Program-made: the position numbers and the translations under genes
The notes under the pieces: generated by a model
What the model saw: the letters and a program-made list of their open reading frames with translations, nothing else
Told to the model about the DNA's origin: nothing
Database searches by the model: none
Virus record (IMG/VR): IMGVR_UViG_3300044619_001118
Location: 1 to 64,000 of that record
DNA from: a virus
Strand: one strand, 5' to 3'
DNA: 64,000 nucleotides
Shown here: piece by piece, positions 1-9,378 of the stretch
Position numbering within the stretch: position 1 is the first letter of the stretch
How the letters are laid out: every line of letters begins with the position of its first letter

Positions 1-1
1 C

Positions 2-343
2 ATAAATTGGAAAGAACCAATCACACTTGTTGAAGGTGTGTTTGATGCCATTTCTGCCCGTTTCAATGCCATACCACTATTCGGTAAAATTGTCCAACCT
101 CTTCTAAAAGAAAAGATACTCATTCGTAAACCACCAAAGGTTATTGTTGCCCTTGATAATGATGCGATGAAGGACTCCATAAAGATTTGTGAGTGGTTGA
201 TTTCAAACGGAATCAAAACAAGTATGGTAAAACTTCCAGATAAAGACATCAATGAATTTGGATTTCAAAGATTTTCGGAGTATATTGAAACATTACCATC
301 GGTAGATGGATTTGATTTGATGAAAGAAAGGATATTAGTGTGA
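2..343 (+). CDS. DNA primase, C-terminal TOPRIM part (5' truncated by the window)
   Basis: Frame is open from base 2 (INWKEPITLVEGVFDAI); TOPRIM motifs EGxFD and ALDND, plus KDINE. The track's start at 38 is an internal GTG. Confidence 0.85.
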   Translation: MNWKEPITLVEGVFDAISARFNAIPLFGKIVQPLLKEKILIRKPPKVIVALDNDAMKDSIKICEWLISNGIKTSMVKLPDKDINEFGFQRFSEYIETLPSVDGFDLMKERILV

Positions 344-3300
344 TACAACAAACACTCATTTCAAACAGAGTAAACAAAGTAGATAACGTCATTCACATTG
401 CTGACGTTCACATTCGTAATTTCAAGAGACACGATGAATACGAGTCGGTATTCAATCGGGTATATGATTATTGTAAAGAACAAGTTCAACAAGATAAGAA
501 CACAATCATTTATCTTGCTGGAGATATTGTTCATGCAAAAACAGATATGTCTCCTGAACTTATTGTAATGACGAGAAACTTCCTCGTGAACCTTTCTGAT
601 ATTGCACCTGTTCTTCTTATCGCTGGTAATCACGATATGAATCTGAATAACCGCAATCGTCTGGATGCCCTTTCACCAATCGTTGACTCAATAGACACAC
701 CAGACTTCTTTTATTTAAAGGACACAGGGGTCTACAACCTCGGTGGTGTGAATTTTATTCTGAATGCCGTACACGAAGACCCTGATAATTTTATCAAGGC
801 AGAGGACGTTGTAGGAGACGGAATAAAGGTAGTATTTTATCACGGTGCAATTGATAGAGCAGATATTGGATTCGGTCAAACAATCAAAAACAACCGAATC
901 AATATGGATATGTTCAATGATTTTGACTTTGGTATGTTCGGTGATATTCACTCGTTTCAATACCTACATCCGAACAACAAGTTCGCCTATGCGGGTTCTC
1001 TTATCCAACAAAACTTTGGTGAAGGATTAGTTCACGGAATCATTCATTGGAATCTTCTTGAAGGCAAATCAACATTTGTTCAGATTCCAAATGATTGGTC
1101 TCACTACACTATTGATATTGACGAAGGTAAGTTTGTAAATCTACCGACTGAATTTTCGATTCATAACAGAATCCGTGTTCGTTCTTACAATACTCCAAAC
1201 TCTGAACTGATGAAGGCGGTAGCCAAACTAAAATCAATCGTAAAGGTTGATGACATTCGTATTCAGAAGTTTTCAACAAAGCCAACAAACGGACAAACGC
1301 AATCAATGGTTTCTATCGGTGATGTTCGTGATGTTGAATATCAAAACAAACTCATCGGTGATTATCTTGAAAAAGAGTTTGCGGTAGAAGAAGAAGTAAT
1401 AGATGAAGTTAGAAAGATAAACAGAACAATCAATACAAATCTTGATAAATCAGTTGTTCTTCGTAATGTAATTTGGAATCCAATCAAGTTTGAATTTGAC
1501 AATATGTTCTCATACGGAGAAGGTAACAAGATTGATTTCAGTCAAATGAATGGAACGTATGGTATCTTTGCTGCAAATGCAAGTGGTAAGTCATCTGTAT
1601 TGGATGCCCTCATGTTCTGTATCTTTGATAAGTGTTCTAGAACATTCAAGGCATCACAAGTTCTCAATAACAAGAAAGATTCATTCCGTTGTAAGTTCCA
1701 ATTTCAAATCAACGGAAAAGATTACTGGATTGAACGTATCGCCACAAAAGATAAGAGAGGACACGTAAAGGTCAACGTTGATTTCTGGCACGAAGAAAGT
1801 GGTGAAAAGATTTCTCTCAATGGTGATGATAGAGATGGAACAAACTTTGCAATCCGAAATTATCTCGGTACATATGATGACTTTATCATTACTGCATTTT
1901 CTCTACAAGGAAACAACACGAACTTTATTGATAAGGCACAAAGAGAACGTAAAGACCTTTTGGCACAATTCCTTGACCTCAACCTATTTGAAGAGTTGAG
2001 TGCAATTGCTTCTGATGAAATCAAGTCAGTACAAACTCTTATCAGAGAATACTCACGTCAAGATTACTCTACGAAGATTGCCACTGCAAATGATAACTTT
2101 AAACGTTCACAATTAGATTTAGATGAAATCAATGAAGAACGTGATTTATATCGTTCTCGTTTGGATTCCAAGAACGAAGTTATTATGGAGTTGACCAAGG
2201 CACTCAAACCAATCGACGACCGACTGATGGGTCATAACTTGGAAGAACTAACCCAAAAGAAAGATGAATTTGTTCGTAAGGTTGCATCGTGTAGAGAAGA
2301 GACTGAAAGATTGGAAATTGAACTCGGTAATGAAAATAAAATTCTATCGGAACTTCAAACTCAATTCGATTCCATCGATTCAGATAAATTAGATACAGAT
2401 TGGCAAGTTCTACAAGAAACAACTCAATCAATTTCAAAAACAAAACACAAGTTGGAAAATATCCGACTTCAAATTGAACACAATCAATCCAAGATTGACA
2501 AGTTGTCTACACACGAGTACGACCCTGATTGTAAGTTTTGTACAAACAATGTATTCGTACAAGATGCAAAATCGGCAGAGGAAATCCTCGTTGACCTCAA
2601 TAAAGAACGTGGTATTCTTGAGTTTGAATTGGCTGAATTGGAAGTCATAGAACACAAGTTGAGTTATGTTGACGAACAAAGAAAGAACTACCAAGACATT
2701 GAACGAAAAGTCCTCGGTAAACAAAAACAAATTCATGAGATAGAAAAGAAGATTTCACAGAATGCAATTACTTGTGATGACTTAACTTCAAAGACGGAAA
2801 AGATTGAAGACCTTATCATATCTTACGTTCAGAACGAAGGTATTATCAAGGAGAATCAACAAATTCAAACAAAGATTTCTGTTGCAGAGAGGGAACGTAA
2901 TGACTTCACATCAGAACTAAAACGACTTGAAACAAAGTATATTACACTTGCCGGTGAGATAAAGGTATATGAAAAGACTATTCAAGACTGTGCAGAATCA
3001 ATCAAGAAACTTCAAGAGTTGGAAAAACAATTCAAGGCATATGACTTTTATCTTAAAGCGGTAAATCGTAACGGAGTCCCATATCAATTAATTTCAGATG
3101 CAATGCCAAAGGTTCAAGCCGAAGTAAACTCAATCCTTTCACAGATTGTTGACTTTGAAATACTCTTTGAAACAGATGGTAAGTCAATCAATACATATAT
3201 CGTATATGATGATGAAAACTTCTGGCCTCTTGAAATGACATCGGGTATGGAAAAGTTTATCTCATCACTCGCAATCCGCACTGCTCTTGTAAACGTATCA

Positions 3301-3510
3301 TCTCTACCACGTCCAAATTTCATGGCAATTGACGAAGGATTCGGTGTATTGGATTCTGAGAATCTAAACTCACTTCATATGTTCTTTGATTATATGAAGA
3401 CACAGTTTGACTTCCTTCTGACCATTTCTCATATTGATGCTCTTCGAGATATTATGGATTCTATCATCGAAATCAAGAAGGAAAACGGGTTCTCAAACGT
3501 TCGATTTTAA
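340..3510 (+). CDS. Fused Mre11/SbcD nuclease - Rad50/SbcC ATPase (T4 gp47+gp46-like)
   Basis: Phosphoesterase motifs HIADVH, AGDIVH, AGNHD, YHG, GDIH; then Walker A ANASGKSS, coiled coil with CKFC zinc hook, signature TSGMEK, Walker B IDEGFG and ISH loop, all in one ORF. Confidence 0.93.
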   Translation: MIQQTLISNRVNKVDNVIHIADVHIRNFKRHDEYESVFNRVYDYCKEQVQQDKNTIIYLAGDIVHAKTDMSPELIVMTRNFLVNLSDIAPVLLIAGNHDMNLNNRNRLDALSPIVDSIDTPDFFYLKDTGVYNLGGVNFILNAVHEDPDNFIKAEDVVGDGIKVVFYHGAIDRADIGFGQTIKNNRINMDMFNDFDFGMFGDIHSFQYLHPNNKFAYAGSLIQQNFGEGLVHGIIHWNLLEGKSTFVQIPNDWSHYTIDIDEGKFVNLPTEFSIHNRIRVRSYNTPNSELMKAVAKLKSIVKVDDIRIQKFSTKPTNGQTQSMVSIGDVRDVEYQNKLIGDYLEKEFAVEEEVIDEVRKINRTINTNLDKSVVLRNVIWNPIKFEFDNMFSYGEGNKIDFSQMNGTYGIFAANASGKSSVLDALMFCIFDKCSRTFKASQVLNNKKDSFRCKFQFQINGKDYWIERIATKDKRGHVKVNVDFWHEESGEKISLNGDDRDGTNFAIRNYLGTYDDFIITAFSLQGNNTNFIDKAQRERKDLLAQFLDLNLFEELSAIASDEIKSVQTLIREYSRQDYSTKIATANDNFKRSQLDLDEINEERDLYRSRLDSKNEVIMELTKALKPIDDRLMGHNLEELTQKKDEFVRKVASCREETERLEIELGNENKILSELQTQFDSIDSDKLDTDWQVLQETTQSISKTKHKLENIRLQIEHNQSKIDKLSTHEYDPDCKFCTNNVFVQDAKSAEEILVDLNKERGILEFELAELEVIEHKLSYVDEQRKNYQDIERKVLGKQKQIHEIEKKISQNAITCDDLTSKTEKIEDLIISYVQNEGIIKENQQIQTKISVAERERNDFTSELKRLETKYITLAGEIKVYEKTIQDCAESIKKLQELEKQFKAYDFYLKAVNRNGVPYQLISDAMPKVQAEVNSILSQIVDFEILFETDGKSINTYIVYDDENFWPLEMTSGMEKFISSLAIRTALVNVSSLPRPNFMAIDEGFGVLDSENLNSLHMFFDYMKTQFDFLLTISHIDALRDIMDSIIEIKKENGFSNVRF

Positions 3511-3530
3511 CGGATGTTTTAATTGATTTC

Positions 3531-3539
3531 ATATTTATA
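3531..3539 (+). promoter_or_regulatory. Putative late promoter motif ATATTTATA (first of 18 copies)
   Basis: Same motif at 7215, 13322, 21782, 30989, 33738, 36056, 38735, 40669, 45251, 48087, 48940, 52939, 53281, 55818, 56396, 57542 and 61459, each at or just after a gene end and upstream of a + strand gene. Confidence 0.7.
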
Positions 3540-3561
3540 GATAGGAATAATATGGAATCAT

Positions 3562-6500
3562 ATGATATACAAGAAGAGAAATAAAAAAAATCTAATCAAC
3601 ATAAATTGTAGATTTATTGAACTTGAAAAAAACTCACCGAAGTTTTTTAATATTAGTTTCATGCCAGAACAATTTACTGCTGGTAAAAATCTATTTAAGT
3701 TTAGACCGATTAAATCTCGTTTTTCTAAAAAAGACCCAATACAAATAGAAGTTTTGGATTTTAATGGAAATCCAATATATCATGAAGTTTTGGATTATAA
3801 GGAAAGCGATGGTTCTTTAGTTGTTGCAATTTATGTGTATGAAGATACTCCTGCCGGAAATTGTAGTATAACAATGATTGGTACATCAACTGTTGATGAA
3901 AACCTAAAACAATTACCGAATCTAGAGTTAACATCGAATAACTTAAAATACATCCATGAGTTATACGTTGACCCAAAGAAAAGAAACGATACAGAAATAT
4001 TATACATAAAAGAACCTAAATTTTCTGTAAAAGAACGGAAATTTTCTATCGTTGAAGAACAATTCGCAGGACAAAAGATAGTATCTATGGGTGGAATTGG
4101 AACGTATTCCTTTACATCCGATACTCCAAAATTTATTTCAAATGGTAGTGCTTTTTTAAAAGAATATCAAAATGGTATAATCAAATTTAATTCGCTGTCC
4201 AGTCAGTATTCTCCAGCTGTAAATTTTGAAACAAGTAGTTTTTCGTACACTGCGAGTATAATAGAAGTAAGGTCTCCGTTTCAAATGCAACTCTCCGAAC
4301 CTGCGGAGATTTATGGTCTGAAGAGTGAATCCCAAATCCTGAAAACAATTTACACTCAGCCATATGAAGTTACTTTTTCTTTCAATCCAAGTAAAAGGAA
4401 TATAACTCAAAACGTAAAATCATACGCAGAAATCGATATAGATGGAATTGACCCATCGGCTGGCTCGGTAGACCGTATTAAAGTTTTCTATAAGAGTACA
4501 TTTAAACCAAAATCTGAATACGAACTAGTATATGATGATGTTGTAACTCCAAAAAACATTTTGGTTGATACTGGTTCAAAGTTAATTGAATATCCAATTG
4601 GAATATTTGATGGAAGCAATACCCTATCATCTGCGGGAATTCCATCTAATAATACAATAAACTCATCGGATTACTGGAATATTGAATTAATAAACTCTGC
4701 ACCATCTGCATCAAAATTGGTTGGTAACTCGTATCTATTTGATATGATGCAAGTTTTACCGACTCAGGTAATGTCAGGTTCTTCTGAAATTATCTTAGTA
4801 CAAAATTCAAATGTTGCAATACCACTTGTTAAAGATACAGATTATCGTGTTAAATTTGACTATTATATTGGGAATAGTAGTTTAGACGAAAGAGGTCCAA
4901 AAATAGAAGTTTATGCGTCTGGTAGTTCCTTTGTAAACACTAATGATATTGGTAAATTTGTTGGTAGTGTTCCAACGGGAAGTAAAGCAAATTCTATAAA
5001 ACTCGATTATGAGATGAAGTTGCCCGTTAATTCAAACGGTAGTGGTATTTTAAAATTTGTATTACGAGCTGGTTGTGGTATATCAAATATCAGAATAGTT
5101 GAAGATATAGATTTTGGATTCACACAAAACAGAACAAAATTATATGTACCGATAAAACAAGACCACAAATTAGAATATTTAGATTTCAAAGTTCAATTCT
5201 TCAATTATACTTTGAAAGAATCTAATATGCAACCGGTTGTGTATGATACCATGTTCAACGGTGGTAATCATTACATTTACGGTGACGATAATATCATAAC
5301 TGGTTCTACGGCAATATCACCATATACATCCAGTGGTATTCAACTATATGGCAACGTTACAGGTTCATATTCTGGCTCTGCTGTTCAAAGCTGGGGATAT
5401 GGTGGTAAAGAAAAAGCAATAGCTAATAGAGATACCGCATCAAATTTTGGATTTGCATTAACCAAAAATAATCCATATGGTATTCCAAATTATGGAGACA
5501 ATACGGTTCAAATGATAAATGAGTGTGGTTCTGTTTTTGATTTTAGAACAACACCCCCATCATTTACAATGCACGCCGTTGGTAAAAATACGAACTTTAC
5601 ATTAGGAATAAGTGGTTCCGATGATTCTAATTTTGGATACGGTGGAACAAGTGGCTCTTGCATAAACGACGATTGTACACCTGGTGGTAATTCATATATA
5701 AGATTTGATGGATGTAATATTATAATTTCGAATGCCAGAGATGCAAATGGTGTATTGTATATTGCTGGTGCGAGTGGAACTGGTGGAACACCGGGGACAC
5801 CTGGTACATCCGGTACATCGGGTACTTCTGGTGTAAACGGAACATCTGGTACATCCGGTGTAAATGGTACATCGGGGACATCTGGTGTAAATGGTACATC
5901 TGGTACTTCGGGTGATTCGGGTTCTTCTGGCTCATCGGGCTCTTCTGGTTCTTCTGGCTCATCGGGTTCATCCGGGTCTTCTGGTTCATCCGGGTCTTCT
6001 GGTTCATCGGGTTCTTCTGGTTCTTCAGGTTCCTCTGGAACCTCTGGCTCATCAGGAACCTCTGGCTCATCAGGAACCTCTGGCTCATCAGGAACATCTG
6101 GTTCATCTGGAACATCTGGTTCATCTGGAACTTCCGGCTCCTCTGGAACATCGGGTTCATCGGGAACCTCTGGTACAACACCAGACCCATTGGATTGTTG
6201 TGATTGTGCCCCTGTAATTTATCAGTATATACGTTGGCAACAGTTTGGTCAACTAGGACCAAATCCATGTCCACCAGATGAAATACAACAATTTGCTGCA
6301 CCAACATTTCCATCCGCAACTGCACCAAGTGCCAGTGTAAGTGGTAGTAGTAATTTATTCACCGGTTCTATGTATTTTAATACCACATCTGGTTCAATTT
6401 ATGTTTGGAATGGCTCAAACTGGTTAAGTGGATTTGGAACATCTGGTACTTCTGGAATCAATGGAACATCAGGAACATCGGGAACAAATGGTTCATCGGG

Positions 6501-7215
6501 TACTTCTGGAACAAGTGGAACATCGGGTACTTCTGGAACAGGTTTTAACTCTATAAATAATGCCGGTAATTTACGTGTTCTATTCTCCGATGGAACAACA
6601 AATGCAGCAACTGCATCAACTTATCTAACTGTAACCCAATCAAATGATACATCCACAATTGCAGTCGGTATAGGAACAACGAACACATCAAATGAAGGTA
6701 ATTTGTTCTTAGGTGCAAGGAGTATAAATGAAGGAGGTCAATTATTCCTTCAAAGAGCAACTGGCTATACTTCGGCATCTATGATAGACAATTATCAAAA
6801 CAGATTTCGAATTCTTCGTGGTAATGATACATCCAGTAATGCGGAAGATTTTTCTATAAATCATACCACGGGTCAAGTTTCATTTACAAGGTATAATTCA
6901 ACAAGTTCATTTACAGGTACACCTATTGATTTTCTTTCATTTGATTCTGGCGGTAATATATTAACATCACCGTCAAAATTTACACAAATAATTGGAAACA
7001 CCGTACAGAGTTCATTTAACATAACCCACAGTTTAGGTGATGCCAATATTCAAGTGAACATACGAAGTAATTCAACTGGTCAAATATATTACCCATCTGC
7101 AACGGCAGGTGCACCGCCACAATACACTGCTACTGTTGTAGATTCAAATACCGTCACAATTGCATTTTCATCGGCACCATCTGCAAATCAATTCATTGTT
7201 GTTATTAGTAAATGA
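3562..7215 (+). CDS. Large virion structural / fibre-like protein with Gly-X-Ser triplet tracts
   Basis: 1217 aa; beta-rich N-terminal ~730 aa, (GTS/GSS)n tracts at ~5767-6177 and ~6436-6540, fibre-like C-terminus (FNITHSLG...VDSNTVTIAFSSAP). Confidence 0.65.
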   Translation: MIYKKRNKKNLININCRFIELEKNSPKFFNISFMPEQFTAGKNLFKFRPIKSRFSKKDPIQIEVLDFNGNPIYHEVLDYKESDGSLVVAIYVYEDTPAGNCSITMIGTSTVDENLKQLPNLELTSNNLKYIHELYVDPKKRNDTEILYIKEPKFSVKERKFSIVEEQFAGQKIVSMGGIGTYSFTSDTPKFISNGSAFLKEYQNGIIKFNSLSSQYSPAVNFETSSFSYTASIIEVRSPFQMQLSEPAEIYGLKSESQILKTIYTQPYEVTFSFNPSKRNITQNVKSYAEIDIDGIDPSAGSVDRIKVFYKSTFKPKSEYELVYDDVVTPKNILVDTGSKLIEYPIGIFDGSNTLSSAGIPSNNTINSSDYWNIELINSAPSASKLVGNSYLFDMMQVLPTQVMSGSSEIILVQNSNVAIPLVKDTDYRVKFDYYIGNSSLDERGPKIEVYASGSSFVNTNDIGKFVGSVPTGSKANSIKLDYEMKLPVNSNGSGILKFVLRAGCGISNIRIVEDIDFGFTQNRTKLYVPIKQDHKLEYLDFKVQFFNYTLKESNMQPVVYDTMFNGGNHYIYGDDNIITGSTAISPYTSSGIQLYGNVTGSYSGSAVQSWGYGGKEKAIANRDTASNFGFALTKNNPYGIPNYGDNTVQMINECGSVFDFRTTPPSFTMHAVGKNTNFTLGISGSDDSNFGYGGTSGSCINDDCTPGGNSYIRFDGCNIIISNARDANGVLYIAGASGTGGTPGTPGTSGTSGTSGVNGTSGTSGVNGTSGTSGVNGTSGTSGDSGSSGSSGSSGSSGSSGSSGSSGSSGSSGSSGSSGSSGSSGTSGSSGTSGSSGTSGSSGTSGSSGTSGSSGTSGSSGTSGSSGTSGTTPDPLDCCDCAPVIYQYIRWQQFGQLGPNPCPPDEIQQFAAPTFPSATAPSASVSGSSNLFTGSMYFNTTSGSIYVWNGSNWLSGFGTSGTSGINGTSGTSGTNGSSGTSGTSGTSGTSGTGFNSINNAGNLRVLFSDGTTNAATASTYLTVTQSNDTSTIAVGIGTTNTSNEGNLFLGARSINEGGQLFLQRATGYTSASMIDNYQNRFRILRGNDTSSNAEDFSINHTTGQVSFTRYNSTSSFTGTPIDFLSFDSGGNILTSPSKFTQIIGNTVQSSFNITHSLGDANIQVNIRSNSTGQIYYPSATAGAPPQYTATVVDSNTVTIAFSSAPSANQFIVVISK

Positions 7216-7257
7216 TATTTATAGACATATGATTTATACCAAAATGAGAGAGAATAA

Positions 7258-9345
7258 TTGCCACCAATCCAAAGAGATTTAACCAACCTGTACATATCTG
7301 AGTCGTATTACAGGTTGATGCAGACAGACCCGATAGACGATATTACCCTACTTGATGGTACGGGTTCTCTTGTTACATATTTGGCAATATCTGGTACTCT
7401 CGATGCCTTTTATTTAAAAGGTGATGGTTCACAAATAAGAAACATATCTGGTGCGGCACTCCCACAAGGAACTGTTACATCTTCGGCTCAAACAATACAA
7501 AATCTTGCCGGAACAAATATCATATCTAGTTCGGCACAACGTTCTGTTCTTGGACTTGCAACAACCGATTCACCAACATTTGCAAACTTAACTCTCACCG
7601 GTAATTTAACTGCACAACAGTTGATTATTTCATCTTCTGTTATTGTTGTTACTCAGTCATATAGTAGTGGTTCTACTATATTCGGTAACACGATGGATGA
7701 CTTCCATCAGTTTACTGGCTCTGTTTATATTACAAGTTCATTAACAACAACTGGTCCTGGTATATTTCAAGGAAAGAGTCCTTCTTCGGAATACATTTTA
7801 ACATTGAAGGGATACAATACTGGTTCACAACTTGCAATCGGTGTTAGTGGTGATGGAAATTACGGAATACAAAACTCTGTATTAAATTCTAACGGTAGTG
7901 ATTATCGTAAATATACACTTACCGCAAATGGAATTTACTTTAATATTATAAGTGGTGCCTTTCAACAAGAAAACGCCTTTAGGATAAATGGCGATGGTAC
8001 AACTCGTATTCACGAAATATGGACTGACAATTACATCAATGCTCCTGGTATTTTAAATGATACCACTAATGGTTTTGCAGAACTTGCTTGGCAAAATGGA
8101 ACCACATATTTTGCAAGAGTGATTGCTCAGGCAGATGGTACTCGTATAGAAACAGGAAATAGTAGTAGTGGTTACACATGGTTATTTGATGAAACAGGTT
8201 CATTAACATTACCTTTGTCCGGTAGTTATTCTATCCTAAATCCAGACCAAACTCCGTGGAGTGCATCGTATGCATTGAAGGCATTGGATGTTATAAATTC
8301 TGGTGCATTTGCAAAAACAGGTTCAAATATATTTTCTGGTAGTCAAATAGTAAACGGAAACGTTTTTATTGATGGTACATTGACTGCAAAAACATATGTT
8401 GTTTCTTCTTCTATCGTTAATATAGAAACGATGGGTGTTTCTGGTTCAACTATTTTTGGTGATACCGCAAATGACACGCATCAATTTACAGGTAGTTTGT
8501 TGGTAAATGGTGCTGCATCTTCAAGTTTAGGGTTTTATGGAAATCTAACAGGAACGGCAACATCTGCATCACAGGCATTAACATCTTCCTATATTGACCC
8601 ACTTTATATATCTGCATCTGTTGCATATTATGGATTTGCTGGTGCAACGAGCGTCCAATGGGATAATATCCTATTCAAACCTACAAACATAATTTCTAGC
8701 TCAGGTCAACGAAGTGTTCTTGGACTTGGTGAGAATGATTCACCACGTTTCTCAACAATTTACGGAACAAATGGAAATTTTGATGGGAATCTTGTTGTTG
8801 GCGGGACTATAACTGCAAGAACATACATTATTTCATCATCGGTGGTAAATTATCAAACATTGAATGTATCTGGGTCAACAAAATTTGGTGACAGTTCAGA
8901 TGACGTACACCAATTCACTGGTTCAATTTACACGAATGGTTCAGTAACATCAACTTCGTTCACAGGTTCTCTTGAAGGTTCATCTTCATATGCTCTAACT
9001 GCATCTTATGCTTTAAATGCAGGTGGTTCAACGATAAATACTGGTTCATTTGCAACAACTGCGTCCAATACATTCTTTGGAAACCAAACTATAAACGGTA
9101 ATATTGTAATAACTGGAAGTTTAACTGCACAAGAATATATAGTGTCATCATCTGTTCTGTATTTGACGGCATCATTCTCTTCTGGTTCCACGATGTTTGG
9201 TAATTCATTGGATGATACCCACAGATTTACAGGGTCTCTTTATGTTACTGGTGCATTGGTTATACCAACTGTTCAAACATTATCCGCAACAGCTGACGTT
9301 GGTACTATTGTAATTAACAGTAATAATTTGTATATTTACTTCTGA
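7258..9345 (+). CDS. Tail fibre-like repeat protein
   Basis: Ser/Thr/Gly-rich; four copies of G.LTA..(Y)I(I/V)SSS......SGST.FG...(D/N)D.H.FTGS; TTG start. Confidence 0.65.
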   Translation: MPPIQRDLTNLYISESYYRLMQTDPIDDITLLDGTGSLVTYLAISGTLDAFYLKGDGSQIRNISGAALPQGTVTSSAQTIQNLAGTNIISSSAQRSVLGLATTDSPTFANLTLTGNLTAQQLIISSSVIVVTQSYSSGSTIFGNTMDDFHQFTGSVYITSSLTTTGPGIFQGKSPSSEYILTLKGYNTGSQLAIGVSGDGNYGIQNSVLNSNGSDYRKYTLTANGIYFNIISGAFQQENAFRINGDGTTRIHEIWTDNYINAPGILNDTTNGFAELAWQNGTTYFARVIAQADGTRIETGNSSSGYTWLFDETGSLTLPLSGSYSILNPDQTPWSASYALKALDVINSGAFAKTGSNIFSGSQIVNGNVFIDGTLTAKTYVVSSSIVNIETMGVSGSTIFGDTANDTHQFTGSLLVNGAASSSLGFYGNLTGTATSASQALTSSYIDPLYISASVAYYGFAGATSVQWDNILFKPTNIISSSGQRSVLGLGENDSPRFSTIYGTNGNFDGNLVVGGTITARTYIISSSVVNYQTLNVSGSTKFGDSSDDVHQFTGSIYTNGSVTSTSFTGSLEGSSSYALTASYALNAGGSTINTGSFATTASNTFFGNQTINGNIVITGSLTAQEYIVSSSVLYLTASFSSGSTMFGNSLDDTHRFTGSLYVTGALVIPTVQTLSATADVGTIVINSNNLYIYF
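9308..9338 (+). promoter_or_regulatory. Possible Bacteroidota-type housekeeping promoter for the multidomain glycosyltransferase
   Basis: TTG(9308-10)-N20-TATATTTA resembles the -33 TTG / -7 TAnnTTTG consensus. Confidence 0.35.
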
Positions 9346-9378
9346 TAATCCGTAAAAAATAGTTTCGTTAAAGGTTTT

